DNA of 32,429 nt from a virus (Duplodnaviria; Heunggongvirae; Uroviricota; Caudoviricetes). Location: IMG/VR virus record IMGVR_UViG_2531839528_000015; one strand, 5' to 3'. The position numbers and the translations under genes are program-made. Below, in pieces: positions 1 through 8,469 of the stretch (positions are counted from its first letter, which is position 1; each line of letters opens with the position of its first letter). Under the pieces are notes generated by a model. That model was not told where the DNA came from. It did not search any database and saw only the letters and a list, made by a program, of their open reading frames with translations.

Positions 1-452
1 AACACCAGCAAACAGATAAAAAAGGGCCAGCCAATTGGCCAGCCCTTCTTAACAGGATGTCGCTTAAGCGAAATCTTAGTTAAGACGCTCCCAATAAAAC
101 CACATAAAAAACATATAATTATAATAAAAACAATTAGTTAATTTAATTTTTAATGCAGTGAATTGCAATATTCTGCAACCTCCGCCGCCACTTTGCCGCC
201 ACTTAAAGCTTTATACCACACAGACTTTAGTATACCCGAGTGAAACGCTAACACATGAGGTAGTTGGAAAATTTCCGTATATGTTGTAATATTGATACGC
301 ATTATATGATTTTTACCTGATATAATGTAATTATTAGCTTCAAAATTATTTTTGCACGAATCAGGTATTACCAAGTAGTTGTCAGTTTTTAAAAACCCAA
401 CATCCTAAAATTAGCATTGTTTTTTAACCACAAAACATCCACGGAGAAGAAC

Positions 453-1262
453 GTGTCAAAAAAGGATACAATCCAGATTATCGATATCAGGATGCAGAGA
501 CCAATCATAGCAAGAATAGAAGAAGAAAATTTAAATTTGACATTGCAAATGTCAGATAAAGCCACATTATCTGGTGCGACAGTTAGTTTTTTCACCCCAA
601 ATAACGTTTCTATATTCTTATCCTCAGCAAAAAAAGAGCTCTCAAAATCCAATTCTATATATAAAAGTCTTTTTGGAAAAATACACAAAACCAAACATAA
701 AAACTTTAAAATTTCCGACAAAGACCTGCCGAGACTCTATAATTACTTTGAATCAATTCAGACGGCCATTATTTCTATGTATACTGCAATTGAGTCTTTT
801 GCAAATATATGCATACCACATGATTATGTTTATGAAAAAAACAATGCCAAGGGAATCAAAGAATCCTATAGCAAAGAGCTAATTGAGCGATATATACCAA
901 CAAGTGAAAAAATAGATAAAATCCTACCGTCTATTTTAAATTGTGATTCGCCTAAAGGTTCAAAACTATGGCAAGATTTTAAAAGCCTTGAGTCACTTAG
1001 AAATGACATAATTCACCCCAAGACAACAAAGAAAAACACAGAAACAAAAGAAGACTCATCTTTTTTATGCATTTTACTATCAGATGACTTTATAAAAAAA
1101 GTTTCCTGTGGATTTGATTTGGTATCTTATTTTTGCAAACAAGACACTACTCATAGTCTTTTCCCAATGGGTTTCGGTGAAATTGAACTTAAACCTGTCC
1201 CAATTAAAGCCGGTGACTTTGAAAAAGTTGATGATCATGATGAAATAGAATTACCATCATAA
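453..1262 (+). CDS. Hypothetical AT-rich accessory protein next to the integrase 3' end, with a possible HEPN-like Rx4H motif
   Basis: ORF-track frame 417..1262 opens with TTG. An in-frame GTG at 453 is preceded by GGAG at 443-446, so 453 is the preferred start; the first in-frame ATG is at 492. Translation is Lys/Asn/Ile-rich, unlike the backbone. Motif R-N-D-I-I-H at residues 195-200 (nt 999-1016). Confidence 0.5.
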   Translation: MSKKDTIQIIDIRMQRPIIARIEEENLNLTLQMSDKATLSGATVSFFTPNNVSIFLSSAKKELSKSNSIYKSLFGKIHKTKHKNFKISDKDLPRLYNYFESIQTAIISMYTAIESFANICIPHDYVYEKNNAKGIKESYSKELIERYIPTSEKIDKILPSILNCDSPKGSKLWQDFKSLESLRNDIIHPKTTKKNTETKEDSSFLCILLSDDFIKKVSCGFDLVSYFCKQDTTHSLFPMGFGEIELKPVPIKAGDFEKVDDHDEIELPS

Positions 1263-1310
1263 CAAAAAAACACAAACCATAAAGACGGCCATAGGTGGTC
1301 TTTATGGTTT
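1263..1310 (-). terminator. Intrinsic terminator downstream of int
   Basis: Perfect 13-bp inverted repeat aaaccataaagac (1274-1286) / gtctttatggttt (1298-1310) with an 11-nt loop. On the minus strand the hairpin is followed by a T-run (complement of caaaaaaac at 1263-1271). Confidence 0.6.
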
Positions 1311-1378
1311 ACAATAGACGCAGCCGTTATTAAATTTAAATCCAACAGCGTTAAAATAAACTAACAATATACGCATAA

Positions 1379-2419
1379 TTAATCTTTCCATTTAAAACCA
1401 TTACATAATGTTAAAGGATTAAATGTTACAGCCTCCTCAAGATGATCCGGGGAGAAATGTGCATACTTCATAGTTTCACGAATATTCGCATGACCGAGTA
1501 TACGTTGCAGCACAAGAATATTCCCGCCATTCATCATAAAATGAGCGCCGAAGGTATGACGCAGAACGTGTGTCTTTTGCCCTTCCGTCAGTTCGATATC
1601 CGTTAGTTTGAGCATCTTTTTAAACTCCTGATAGCAAGGCTTAAACATCTTTCCCTGCCTTTCAGATAATTCGTCATACAACCATTTTGGGATCGGAACG
1701 GTTCGATTCTTTTTCCCTTTCGTTTTGGTGAAGGTCAGTTTATGTGGCGAGAGCTGGGGACGTGTCAACCTCTCAGCCTCACCCCATCTAGCACCTGTTG
1801 CAAGACAAATCTTAACAATCATGGTGAGGTCTTCTTTTCCGTATTGCTCGCATGCCTGAAACAATTTCGGAATTTGAGACAAAGTGAGCCAAGACATTTC
1901 TTTCTCGGCTTCCTTGAAAACACGGACTCCATCAAGTGGATTTGGTAAGCTCCACTCCCCTAGCCTTTTGAGCTCATTAAATACAGCCTCAAGATATTGT
2001 TGCTCACGATTGACAGTTATCGGTTTAGCAATCCATTTTGCCGGGTCTTTATGATAGCCATTATCTATCTCCCCCCGAAGTCGGCGGTCACGGTAATGAG
2101 CCCAATCTTTAGCAGTAAGGCGGGATGCAATAGGGTCACCAAGTCCATTACACACGATTTGAAGTTTAGCTAACCGCGACTTACTGGCGACCAGTGCCTG
2201 TCCGTGTAAATTATGCCAAAGCTGGATAATCTCACTTAAGCGTCGGCGGTCTTCTTTCTTGCCGAGCCACGGCTTATCCTCACTCTCACTTTTCGTAAAT
2301 GCTTCGAATGCCTCGGCCTCACCTTTGGTATTGAATTGCCGACGTATACGCCGCCCTTCTCGACCATTTGGATAGAGCTCGCATAACCATTTGCCATTTT
2401 TTTGCTTACTTACAGTCAT
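1379..2419 (-). CDS. int: Tyrosine integrase (P2/186 family)
   Basis: 346-aa ORF with ATG start at 2417-2419. C-terminal tyrosine-recombinase motifs HVLRHTFGAHF and LGHANIRETMKYAHF. Lies at the prophage end, transcribed the same way as the repressor. Confidence 0.9.
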   Translation of the reverse strand: MTVSKQKNGKWLCELYPNGREGRRIRRQFNTKGEAEAFEAFTKSESEDKPWLGKKEDRRRLSEIIQLWHNLHGQALVASKSRLAKLQIVCNGLGDPIASRLTAKDWAHYRDRRLRGEIDNGYHKDPAKWIAKPITVNREQQYLEAVFNELKRLGEWSLPNPLDGVRVFKEAEKEMSWLTLSQIPKLFQACEQYGKEDLTMIVKICLATGARWGEAERLTRPQLSPHKLTFTKTKGKKNRTVPIPKWLYDELSERQGKMFKPCYQEFKKMLKLTDIELTEGQKTHVLRHTFGAHFMMNGGNILVLQRILGHANIRETMKYAHFSPDHLEEAVTFNPLTLCNGFKWKD

Positions 2420-2441
2420 AATGTCACCGAGGCAACTCTAA

Positions 2442-2780
2442 TTATTCCCAAAGTGCTGTTGCAGCATCCATTACAGGATCCAAAGGAATTTTTACGCCTG
2501 CATACTCCGGGCTATCTTTCCAAACAGTATCAATATTGCTCCCCTCAAGCTTTCCAGACTTTACTCCATCAATCGCAAAACCATTTAATGGGTATCGGTC
2601 ATCTGTTGCTTTGTCGTACACAAAGGCATATTTACCGTTGACACAAGACACCGTAGCTTTTTCAAAAGTTAACGGCCAATCCTCACCAAACTTAGCGCCA
2701 TCTAAATCCTGTGTTTTTTCAGCGGCTGAGGCTCCAAAAGAAAGGGTAAGAAGCAGAGCTAAAAAGAGTTTACATTTCAT
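2442..2780 (-). CDS. Small secreted or periplasmic protein (moron), possibly DUF2511/YebY-like
   Basis: The track ORF 2442..2852 overlaps the repressor gene. The internal Met at 2778-2780 begins a typical signal peptide MKCKLFLALLLTLSFGASAA, and a mature domain of about 90 aa follows. The YebY resemblance is from memory only. Confidence 0.55.
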   Translation of the reverse strand: MKCKLFLALLLTLSFGASAAEKTQDLDGAKFGEDWPLTFEKATVSCVNGKYAFVYDKATDDRYPLNGFAIDGVKSGKLEGSNIDTVWKDSPEYAGVKIPLDPVMDAATALWE

Positions 2781-2788
2781 AATGTCCC

Positions 2789-3649
2789 TTACACGTGTTT
2801 TTCCAATGTGAAAACTACAGCCCCGGCAGGAGTAATGTCTGTAATGTTGCATTCAAACTCAGCAGACTTATTTGACAACCTGACTTTTCCACCGGGCAAG
2901 CGAATTACATCAAAAACATCAAGAGCGCCGTCGATATCAATTAACCAGCGACCATTACTTATATTCGAAGCAGAACAGTCGACAAGCCAAGAGGCAGCTA
3001 CACCGTCAACAAAAATCAATTCCCCTGAGTTAGAAGGAATCATTGAGGGGTCAGGATGCCACGTTCCTGCATCCTTAAGCTCACCAGATTCAAGACGAGA
3101 TTTTTTAATAGAAAAACCAGATGTGACATCTTCCCTGTTAGCTCGCATTTGCCCCTTGCCTGTTGCTAACCATTCCAGTGACGTATCGGTATCAAGAGCG
3201 CATGTAACAACAACATCACCAGGGAAAAAATCTCGCCTTACCCATGTGCTAATTGTGCCAGAGGAAATGCCGAGCAAATCACCGAGCTCCTTTTGCATGG
3301 TAAAGCCATACGCATCAAGAATCCTACGCAAAACGGTTTTACCACCATTCGTCATAATCTCGTCATAAAGCTCTTTGCCTTTTAACTTGCAACTGGCTCG
3401 CTCGTGATTTGCATTTGCAAGTTCTCCATTTACAAGCCAATTGATATCAGCTCCCGTGTCAAGACAACACCTAACTATGACATTGCCAGGTATTGCATCA
3501 CGCTGAACCCAGCCGCTAACGCTGTGTTTAGCGATACCTAGCAGGTCAGCCAAATCCTTTTGCATCTTGACCCCATAGGCTGACATTAAGCGTTCCAATA
3601 CGCCGTTCGTTGCACTAACACGCCACTGAACATCAAGCTCAGAACTCAT
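2789..3649 (-). CDS. cI: Phage 186-type CI repressor with tandemly duplicated N-terminal HTH domain
   Basis: 286 aa. Two internally repeated segments align: GVLERLMSAYGVKMQKDLADLLGIAKHSVSGWVQRDAIPGNVIVRCCLDTGADINWLVNGE and TVLRRILDAYGFTMQKELGDLLGISSGTISTWVRRDFFPGDVVVTCALDTDTSLEWLATGK. They are followed by a CI C-terminal-like domain. No S24 peptidase Ser/Lys motifs recognised. Divergent from the apl-like gene. Confidence 0.8.
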   Translation of the reverse strand: MSSELDVQWRVSATNGVLERLMSAYGVKMQKDLADLLGIAKHSVSGWVQRDAIPGNVIVRCCLDTGADINWLVNGELANANHERASCKLKGKELYDEIMTNGGKTVLRRILDAYGFTMQKELGDLLGISSGTISTWVRRDFFPGDVVVTCALDTDTSLEWLATGKGQMRANREDVTSGFSIKKSRLESGELKDAGTWHPDPSMIPSNSGELIFVDGVAASWLVDCSASNISNGRWLIDIDGALDVFDVIRLPGGKVRLSNKSAEFECNITDITPAGAVVFTLEKHV

Positions 3650-3678
3650 AAAAACCCCTACAGATAATTTTATGGGTG

Positions 3679-3707
3679 TTTACAGAAAACTTTTTACGAT
3701 CTATAGT
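3679..3707 (+). promoter_or_regulatory. Candidate lytic promoter (pR-like) in the cI/apl switch region
   Basis: -35 TTTACA (3679-3684), 17-bp spacer, -10 TATAGT (3702-3707). AGGAG at 3756-3760 sits 10 nt before the ATG at 3771. Confidence 0.4.
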
Positions 3708-3770
3708 GGCATTCATCGACCAAGATGCACACCACTGCACTACATTTCAAACAACAGGAGATAATGCGAT

Positions 3771-4142
3771 ATGTCAGATGCAAAATCAATCTCGACGCAC
3801 GACTCGCAAAACTCACAAAATCAAACTGTGCTGCTAGATCCAACACAGTTTGATGCCATCGTTACCGCCATGCTGCCAGCTCTACAGACAATGATTCGCT
3901 CCGCTATGTCAGACACGATGACTGTGAAAGACTTCGCCGCTACTCGCGGTGTTAGCGAGCGTCTGGTCTGGCAATGGCTCGATGAGGGAGTCCTTCTCAA
4001 AGCTCCGACCAAAGACTTTTCCAACAAAGAAGAAGCTGCTAAACGAAGCCGAACCCTCGTAAACGTAAAAGCATGGCGCGATAAGCTGACTCAACAAGCG
4101 ATTGATTGTCGCTACATCGACCAGCGCACCGCTCTTAACTGA
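3771..4142 (+). CDS. Apl/Cox-like excisionase and switch regulator (HTH)
   Basis: First gene divergent from the repressor. Translation contains MTVKDFAATRGVSERLVWQWLDEGVLL, an HTH typical of phage Cox/Apl/AlpA-like proteins. The Ser/Gln-rich N-terminal extension makes the true start uncertain. Confidence 0.6.
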   Translation: MSDAKSISTHDSQNSQNQTVLLDPTQFDAIVTAMLPALQTMIRSAMSDTMTVKDFAATRGVSERLVWQWLDEGVLLKAPTKDFSNKEEAAKRSRTLVNVKAWRDKLTQQAIDCRYIDQRTALN

Positions 4143-4174
4143 ATTTGATTATGCAAGTTAGAGGGAATTTAACC

Positions 4175-4684
4175 ATGTTTGATTTTCAGGTTTCCAAACA
4201 TCCCCACTATGACGAAGCATGCCGCATTTTCGCACAGCGTCACAATATGGCGAAGCTGGCCGAGCGTGCAGGTATGAACGTTCAAACGTTACGTAACAAG
4301 CTCAACCCGGAACAGCCTCACCAGTTCACGCCGTCTGAATTGTGGCTGCTGACTGACCTGACCGAAGACTCAACCCTCATTGATGGTTTTTTAGCGCAGA
4401 TTCACTGCCTACCATGCGTGCCGGTTAATGAGTTGGCTAAAGACAAATTGCAGTCTTATGTCATGCGCGCAATGCGTGAACTCGGCGAACTGGCGAGCGG
4501 CGCGGTATCTGATGAACGTCTGACCATTGCCCGTAAGCACAACATGATTGAAAGCGTTAACTCCGGCATTCGCATGTTGTCATTGTCGGCTCTGGCTCTG
4601 CATGCACGTCTGCAGACTAATCCAGCTATGTCGAGCGTGGTCGATACCATGAGCGGTATTGGCGCATCGTTTGGTCTGATTTGA
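4175..4684 (+). CDS. cII: CII-like lysogeny establishment regulator (186 CII family)
   Basis: Start moved to the ATG at 4175-4177, preceded by GAGGGA at 4161-4166. Product begins MFDFQVSKHPHYDEACRIFAQRHNMAKLAERAGMNVQTLRNKL, resembling 186 CII as I recall it. Position after apl matches. Confidence 0.75.
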   Translation: MFDFQVSKHPHYDEACRIFAQRHNMAKLAERAGMNVQTLRNKLNPEQPHQFTPSELWLLTDLTEDSTLIDGFLAQIHCLPCVPVNELAKDKLQSYVMRAMRELGELASGAVSDERLTIARKHNMIESVNSGIRMLSLSALALHARLQTNPAMSSVVDTMSGIGASFGLI

Positions 4685-4691
4685 GGTGCGT

Positions 4692-4892
4692 ATGCTGAAA
4701 AGTGAACCGTCATTCGCATCTCTGCTCGTTAAGCAAAGCCCCGGCATGCACTACGGCCACGGCTGGATCGCAGGTAAGGACGGCAAGCGCTGGCACCCGA
4801 GCCACTCGCAGGCTGATTTACTGGCTGGCCTCTCTACTCAAAAGCGGGGGGGCTCATGGCTATCGAAGCTGTTTCCGCGACTGTTCCGCTAA
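4692..4892 (+). CDS. Hypothetical small protein
   Basis: ATG at 4692 with GAGGTG three nt upstream. Overlaps the next ORF start, and coding status is uncertain. Confidence 0.3.
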   Translation: MLKSEPSFASLLVKQSPGMHYGHGWIAGKDGKRWHPSHSQADLLAGLSTQKRGGSWLSKLFPRLFR

Positions 4893-5194
4893 AAGCGGGT
4901 GAACGTCTGGCCGGTCTCAATCATGTTGCCGAATTGCGCGCGAGATATTGGGGCGATAGCTGGAAAGAGGTTGAACGTTTTGTCGATGATATGCGCGATA
5001 AACGTGACCCACAATTTGAAGAAAATAATCGGGCGCTGGCCGCTATTTTCTTTCTGGCAAAAATACCGGCGGCTCGTCATGAACTCGAATTAAGTGAGCT
5101 GACTACTGACGAGAAAAAGGCGCTTATTACAGCGATGAATCATTTTCGTGCAGTAGTGAGCTTATTTCCCAAACGGCTAACCATGCCGAATTAA
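4856..5194 (+). CDS. Hypothetical early-region protein
   Basis: 112-aa ORF in the cII-to-A early operon, with a G-rich stretch before the ATG. Confidence 0.5.
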   Translation: MAIEAVSATVPLKAGERLAGLNHVAELRARYWGDSWKEVERFVDDMRDKRDPQFEENNRALAAIFFLAKIPAARHELELSELTTDEKKALITAMNHFRAVVSLFPKRLTMPN

Positions 5195-5261
5195 TCCAAA
5201 CAGAAATTTAATGGCGTAAACCCGCCGGGCATCTTATTGCCCGAAATCAGGAGAGTTAATT

Positions 5262-5489
5262 ATGCGTAATACCGAAATCCGTAGTTTTAACACTGATAGC
5301 GATGCGCTGGCCGTATTGCTGACCGATGCAAAAAAAGAAGAGCGTAAAGACCGCGCGCTCGCTGTTTCCATCCGCCTTGAGGCGCTGGCTATCCATATTA
5401 CCAGAGAGGGAATGAGCGGCACCGAAGCTGCCGAACTGCTGCGCCGTGAAGCAACCCGCTTTGAGAATGAATCACAGGAGCTGCACTAA
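5262..5489 (+). CDS. Hypothetical early-region protein
   Basis: 75-aa ORF with AGGAGA seven nt upstream of the ATG. Its stop overlaps the next start. Confidence 0.5.
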   Translation: MRNTEIRSFNTDSDALAVLLTDAKKEERKDRALAVSIRLEALAIHITREGMSGTEAAELLRREATRFENESQELH

Positions 5490-5710
5490 TGGCCGACGCA
5501 ATGGATTTAGCACAACTGCGCGAGCAGGAAGACCGCGAACGCCACATCAGCAACGCACGCACCCGTATCGCTGCACCTTCCCGTTTTCTTTGCGAGGAAT
5601 GTGACGCACCAATCCCGGAAGCTCGCCGCATTGCGATTCCGGGCGTGGCTTTTTGCGTAACCTGCCAGCAAATCGCAGAGCTAAAAAACAAACACTATCG
5701 GGGGGTATAA
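5489..5710 (+). CDS. TraR/DksA-family C4 zinc-finger protein (P2 orf82-like)
   Basis: CEECDAPIPEARRIAIPGVAFCVTCQ is a CxxC-N17-CxxC finger, in the position just upstream of gene A. Confidence 0.7.
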   Translation: MADAMDLAQLREQEDRERHISNARTRIAAPSRFLCEECDAPIPEARRIAIPGVAFCVTCQQIAELKNKHYRGV

Positions 5711-5711
5711 A

Positions 5712-7934
5712 TTGGCTGTTCAATTCGCTTATCCGTGGAACGTCCCACGGTCGGCAATCTCCAGCCCATACCTTACTTATGAGCAACAGCATCGCCGCGA
5801 CCGTATGTTCGCGGCTTTGCTGCATGCAAAAAAGGTGCTTTCTCTCCAGCCCGACTGCGTGCGGTTAGATGTTTATCGCACTGCTGCGGTGCTGGAACAA
5901 AATCAGGGTAGTCAACGAGCCAATGCATTTTTAATCAGCTTCTGCAAAAAGGCATTGCCGCGTCTTGAACTGGTCGCAAAAAAATACGAATGCGCTGGTA
6001 TCAACAGCAAGGTATCAACCGCTGTTTTTGGAAGTCATTTTGATACTCAGCAAATGCAATATCTGTCGTCACGCATGGTTAATATGGTCGCCCGATATAA
6101 CCGTCTCCCGGACATGTCGCGCGCTGATGTTGACCTGTTGGCCGCTGATATTGCTAATTTCATTCGTGGTGAACTTGCCAACATTAATGACCACGGATTC
6201 GGCGAGCTTAAAACGCTGTACACCTGGTATATTCGTGCTGGCTTTATTTCCCTCCAATTCAACGTTATCCCACCACATTGGGAGCGGGTTGAAAAAAAAT
6301 ATGTCGGTGCGGATGAAATCGCACCGGCTATCGCCAAAATGTTTAACGATGGGTGGTGGCGCGGTCGTTTGCGCCGTGTAGCAGCTACGTGGCGCGAACA
6401 CCTGCAAATTGCAGTCGGCAACGTCAGTAAGAAAAAAAACACTTACGCGAGTAAAAACTGCGTGACTGACTGGCGTGAACAAAAGCGCCGCACTCGTGAA
6501 TTTCTCAAAGGTCTGGATCTCGAAGACGAAGACGGCAACCGTATCAGCCTAATTGAAAAATATGATGGCTCAGTTGCTAACCCTGCGATTCGCCGCTGTG
6601 AGCTCATGACCCGCATTCGTGGGTTTGAAAACATCTGTAATGAGCTCGGTTATGTCGGTGAGTTTTACACTCTAACCGCGCCGTCAAAATATCACGCCAC
6701 GACTAAAGCCGGTTACCGTAACAGCAAATGGAGCGGTGCCAGCCCGGCTGACACGCAAAACTATCTAACCGGTATCTGGGCGCGTATCCGTGCCAAACTA
6801 CATCGGGAAGATGTCCGTATTTTCGGTATTCGTGTCGCCGAGCCCCATCACGACGGCACTCCACACTGGCACATGCTGATGTTCATGCTGCCGGAAGATG
6901 TTGAATATGTTCGCTCCATCGTCCGTAAATACGCATGGAAAGAAGACCGCCACGAACTGAAAAGCGATAAATCCCAAAAAGCACGTTTCCACGCGGAGTC
7001 CATTGACCCGGAGAAAGGCAGCGCAACCGGCTATGTTGCTAAATACATTTCAAAAAATATCGACGGTTATGCTCTCGATGGTGAAACCGATGATGAAAGC
7101 GGTGAGCTGCTGAAAGAGACAGCCCCCGCCGTTTCAGCATGGGCTGCGCGCTGGCACATCCGTCAGTTTCAGTTTATTGGTGGTGCGCCGGTGACGGTTT
7201 ACCGTGAGTTGCGTCGCCTCGCTGATACCGAAACCGCGCACGGTCTGAGCGTTGAGTTTGCCGCCGTCCATGATGCCGCCGACGCTGGTGACTGGGCTGG
7301 TTATGTTAATGCTCAGGGTGGGCCGTTTGTCCGTCGCGATGATTTACAGGTGCGCACACTGTATGAACCGCGTACCGAGCTTAATCAGTACGGTGAGGAA
7401 ACGGTATGTATTAAGGGGGTCTACGATTCCTCCATAGGTGCAGGAAGCCCGATTTTAACCCGGCTCACTCAGTGGAAGATTGTTCCGAAGCGTGCTGTTG
7501 ATTTGGCCGTTGACCTTCAGGACGGCAAAGCCGTCCCTCGGAGTTCTGTCAATAACTGTACGGGAAGCGAAAGCGATCCACCGATACTGGATTTAACAAA
7601 ACCACTGAGTCGGCGTGAAAGACGAGAATTGACCAACCGACTCAGGAAGCAAAAGCCAGCAGCACGGCGAAAATTCATCCACGGAACGGATGAGCAAAAC
7701 GCAGCTATAGCTAAAACTATCGATGAGATACATCTGACAACCGGCATTAATATCAGCCGGGGCGAAGCCCTGCACCTGATGGCCGGTGGTAAAAGTTGTT
7801 TTGATGGTAAATGGCTACGCGGAACGGCCAAAGGAGAAATATTTTCCGCAGCACCATCGCATGAGGCTAAAGCTCGGAAAATCCTTAATCGTGTTGCGGC
7901 GATGGCTGAAGCATCAAAACCAATACATGAGTAA
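5712..7934 (+). CDS. A: Replication initiation endonuclease (P2 gpA-like, rolling circle)
   Basis: 740 aa. HWHMLMF motif and the tyrosine pair in YVAKYISKNIDGY. TTG start at 5712 with GGGGG at 5701-5705, tightly coupled to the upstream stop. Confidence 0.88.
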   Translation: MAVQFAYPWNVPRSAISSPYLTYEQQHRRDRMFAALLHAKKVLSLQPDCVRLDVYRTAAVLEQNQGSQRANAFLISFCKKALPRLELVAKKYECAGINSKVSTAVFGSHFDTQQMQYLSSRMVNMVARYNRLPDMSRADVDLLAADIANFIRGELANINDHGFGELKTLYTWYIRAGFISLQFNVIPPHWERVEKKYVGADEIAPAIAKMFNDGWWRGRLRRVAATWREHLQIAVGNVSKKKNTYASKNCVTDWREQKRRTREFLKGLDLEDEDGNRISLIEKYDGSVANPAIRRCELMTRIRGFENICNELGYVGEFYTLTAPSKYHATTKAGYRNSKWSGASPADTQNYLTGIWARIRAKLHREDVRIFGIRVAEPHHDGTPHWHMLMFMLPEDVEYVRSIVRKYAWKEDRHELKSDKSQKARFHAESIDPEKGSATGYVAKYISKNIDGYALDGETDDESGELLKETAPAVSAWAARWHIRQFQFIGGAPVTVYRELRRLADTETAHGLSVEFAAVHDAADAGDWAGYVNAQGGPFVRRDDLQVRTLYEPRTELNQYGEETVCIKGVYDSSIGAGSPILTRLTQWKIVPKRAVDLAVDLQDGKAVPRSSVNNCTGSESDPPILDLTKPLSRRERRELTNRLRKQKPAARRKFIHGTDEQNAAIAKTIDEIHLTTGINISRGEALHLMAGGKSCFDGKWLRGTAKGEIFSAAPSHEAKARKILNRVAAMAEASKPIHE

Positions 7935-8008
7935 TTCATATCCATATCATGCACATACAGCAATCGCTCTATTCGTTTTTTTTCTTCCCATCTTTTGCCA
8001 ATACGTGC

Positions 8009-8028
8009 TACTGTATAAATATACAGTA
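8009..8028 (+). promoter_or_regulatory. LexA (SOS) box overlapping a promoter
   Basis: tactgtataaatatacagta is a near-perfect CTGT-N8-ACAG palindrome. A -35-like TTGCCA sits at 7995-8000 and a strong GGGAGG Shine-Dalgarno at 8036-8041. Confidence 0.7.
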
Positions 8029-8047
8029 ACCCTGTGGGAGGGATTTC

Positions 8048-8230
8048 ATGGTTGGCGAACATTTCAGCCGAACGCAGCAAAAGTGGGCTTGTGTGCAATT
8101 TATTGCCGAGGTATCTCTGATTGCAAACTGCAAGCCATCAGACTTAAAGCTCGCGCTCACTCTCATTGCAGACCTAGCAAACAGCGAGAATAACGAAACC
8201 GAAGATGATAATTTTTATAAGGCTGATTAG
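8048..8230 (+). CDS. Small SOS-controlled protein, possibly the N-terminal part of a Tum-like antirepressor
   Basis: 60-aa ORF directly behind the LexA box and GGGAGG. It ends at TAG 8228-8230 and is in the same frame as the DinI-like ORF that starts one codon later. Confidence 0.45.
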   Translation: MVGEHFSRTQQKWACVQFIAEVSLIANCKPSDLKLALTLIADLANSENNETEDDNFYKAD

Positions 8231-8233
8231 ATT

Positions 8234-8467
8234 ATGAGAATCAATATCACGTTGGATAAAGAGCAAAAAATTAGTCAGGCAACATTGGATGCACTTGAGG
8301 CTGAACTGTACCGCAATCTTCAACCTATTTACCCAAAGACTGCTATCCGAATTCGCAAGGGCTCCGCTAATGGCGTTGAACTAAGCGGTTTGAAACTGGA
8401 CGAAGATAAAAAACGAGTAATGGAAATCATGCAGCAGGTATGGGAGGACGATAGCTGGCTGCATTAA
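8234..8467 (+). CDS. DinI-family protein
   Basis: MRINITLDKEQKISQATLDALEAELYRNLQPIYP...EDKKRVMEIMQQVWEDDSW follows the E. coli DinI pattern (MRIEVTI...DALAGEL...EDKQRISEILQETWE). Confidence 0.8.
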   Translation: MRINITLDKEQKISQATLDALEAELYRNLQPIYPKTAIRIRKGSANGVELSGLKLDEDKKRVMEIMQQVWEDDSWLH

Positions 8468-8469
8468 CA

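Noticed and set aside
150-721. Minus-strand ORFs at 150-374 and 389-721 at the left edge.
   Set aside because: 389-721 overlaps the better-supported + strand accessory gene. 150-374 has no convincing start signals and could be a host or remnant gene, but I cannot support it.
1-1378. Search for the attL core or a tRNA or tmRNA integration target left of int.
   Set aside because: No tRNA-like structure or recognisable P2/186 att core was found by eye. The palindrome-containing stretch at 22-56 looks like a host terminator. attL needs comparison with an unoccupied site.
7786-8193. 135-aa + strand ORF running from the end of gene A across the LexA box into the small SOS ORF.
   Set aside because: It would read through the promoter, LexA operator and Shine-Dalgarno sequence, and it is in a different frame from the well-supported 8048 start.
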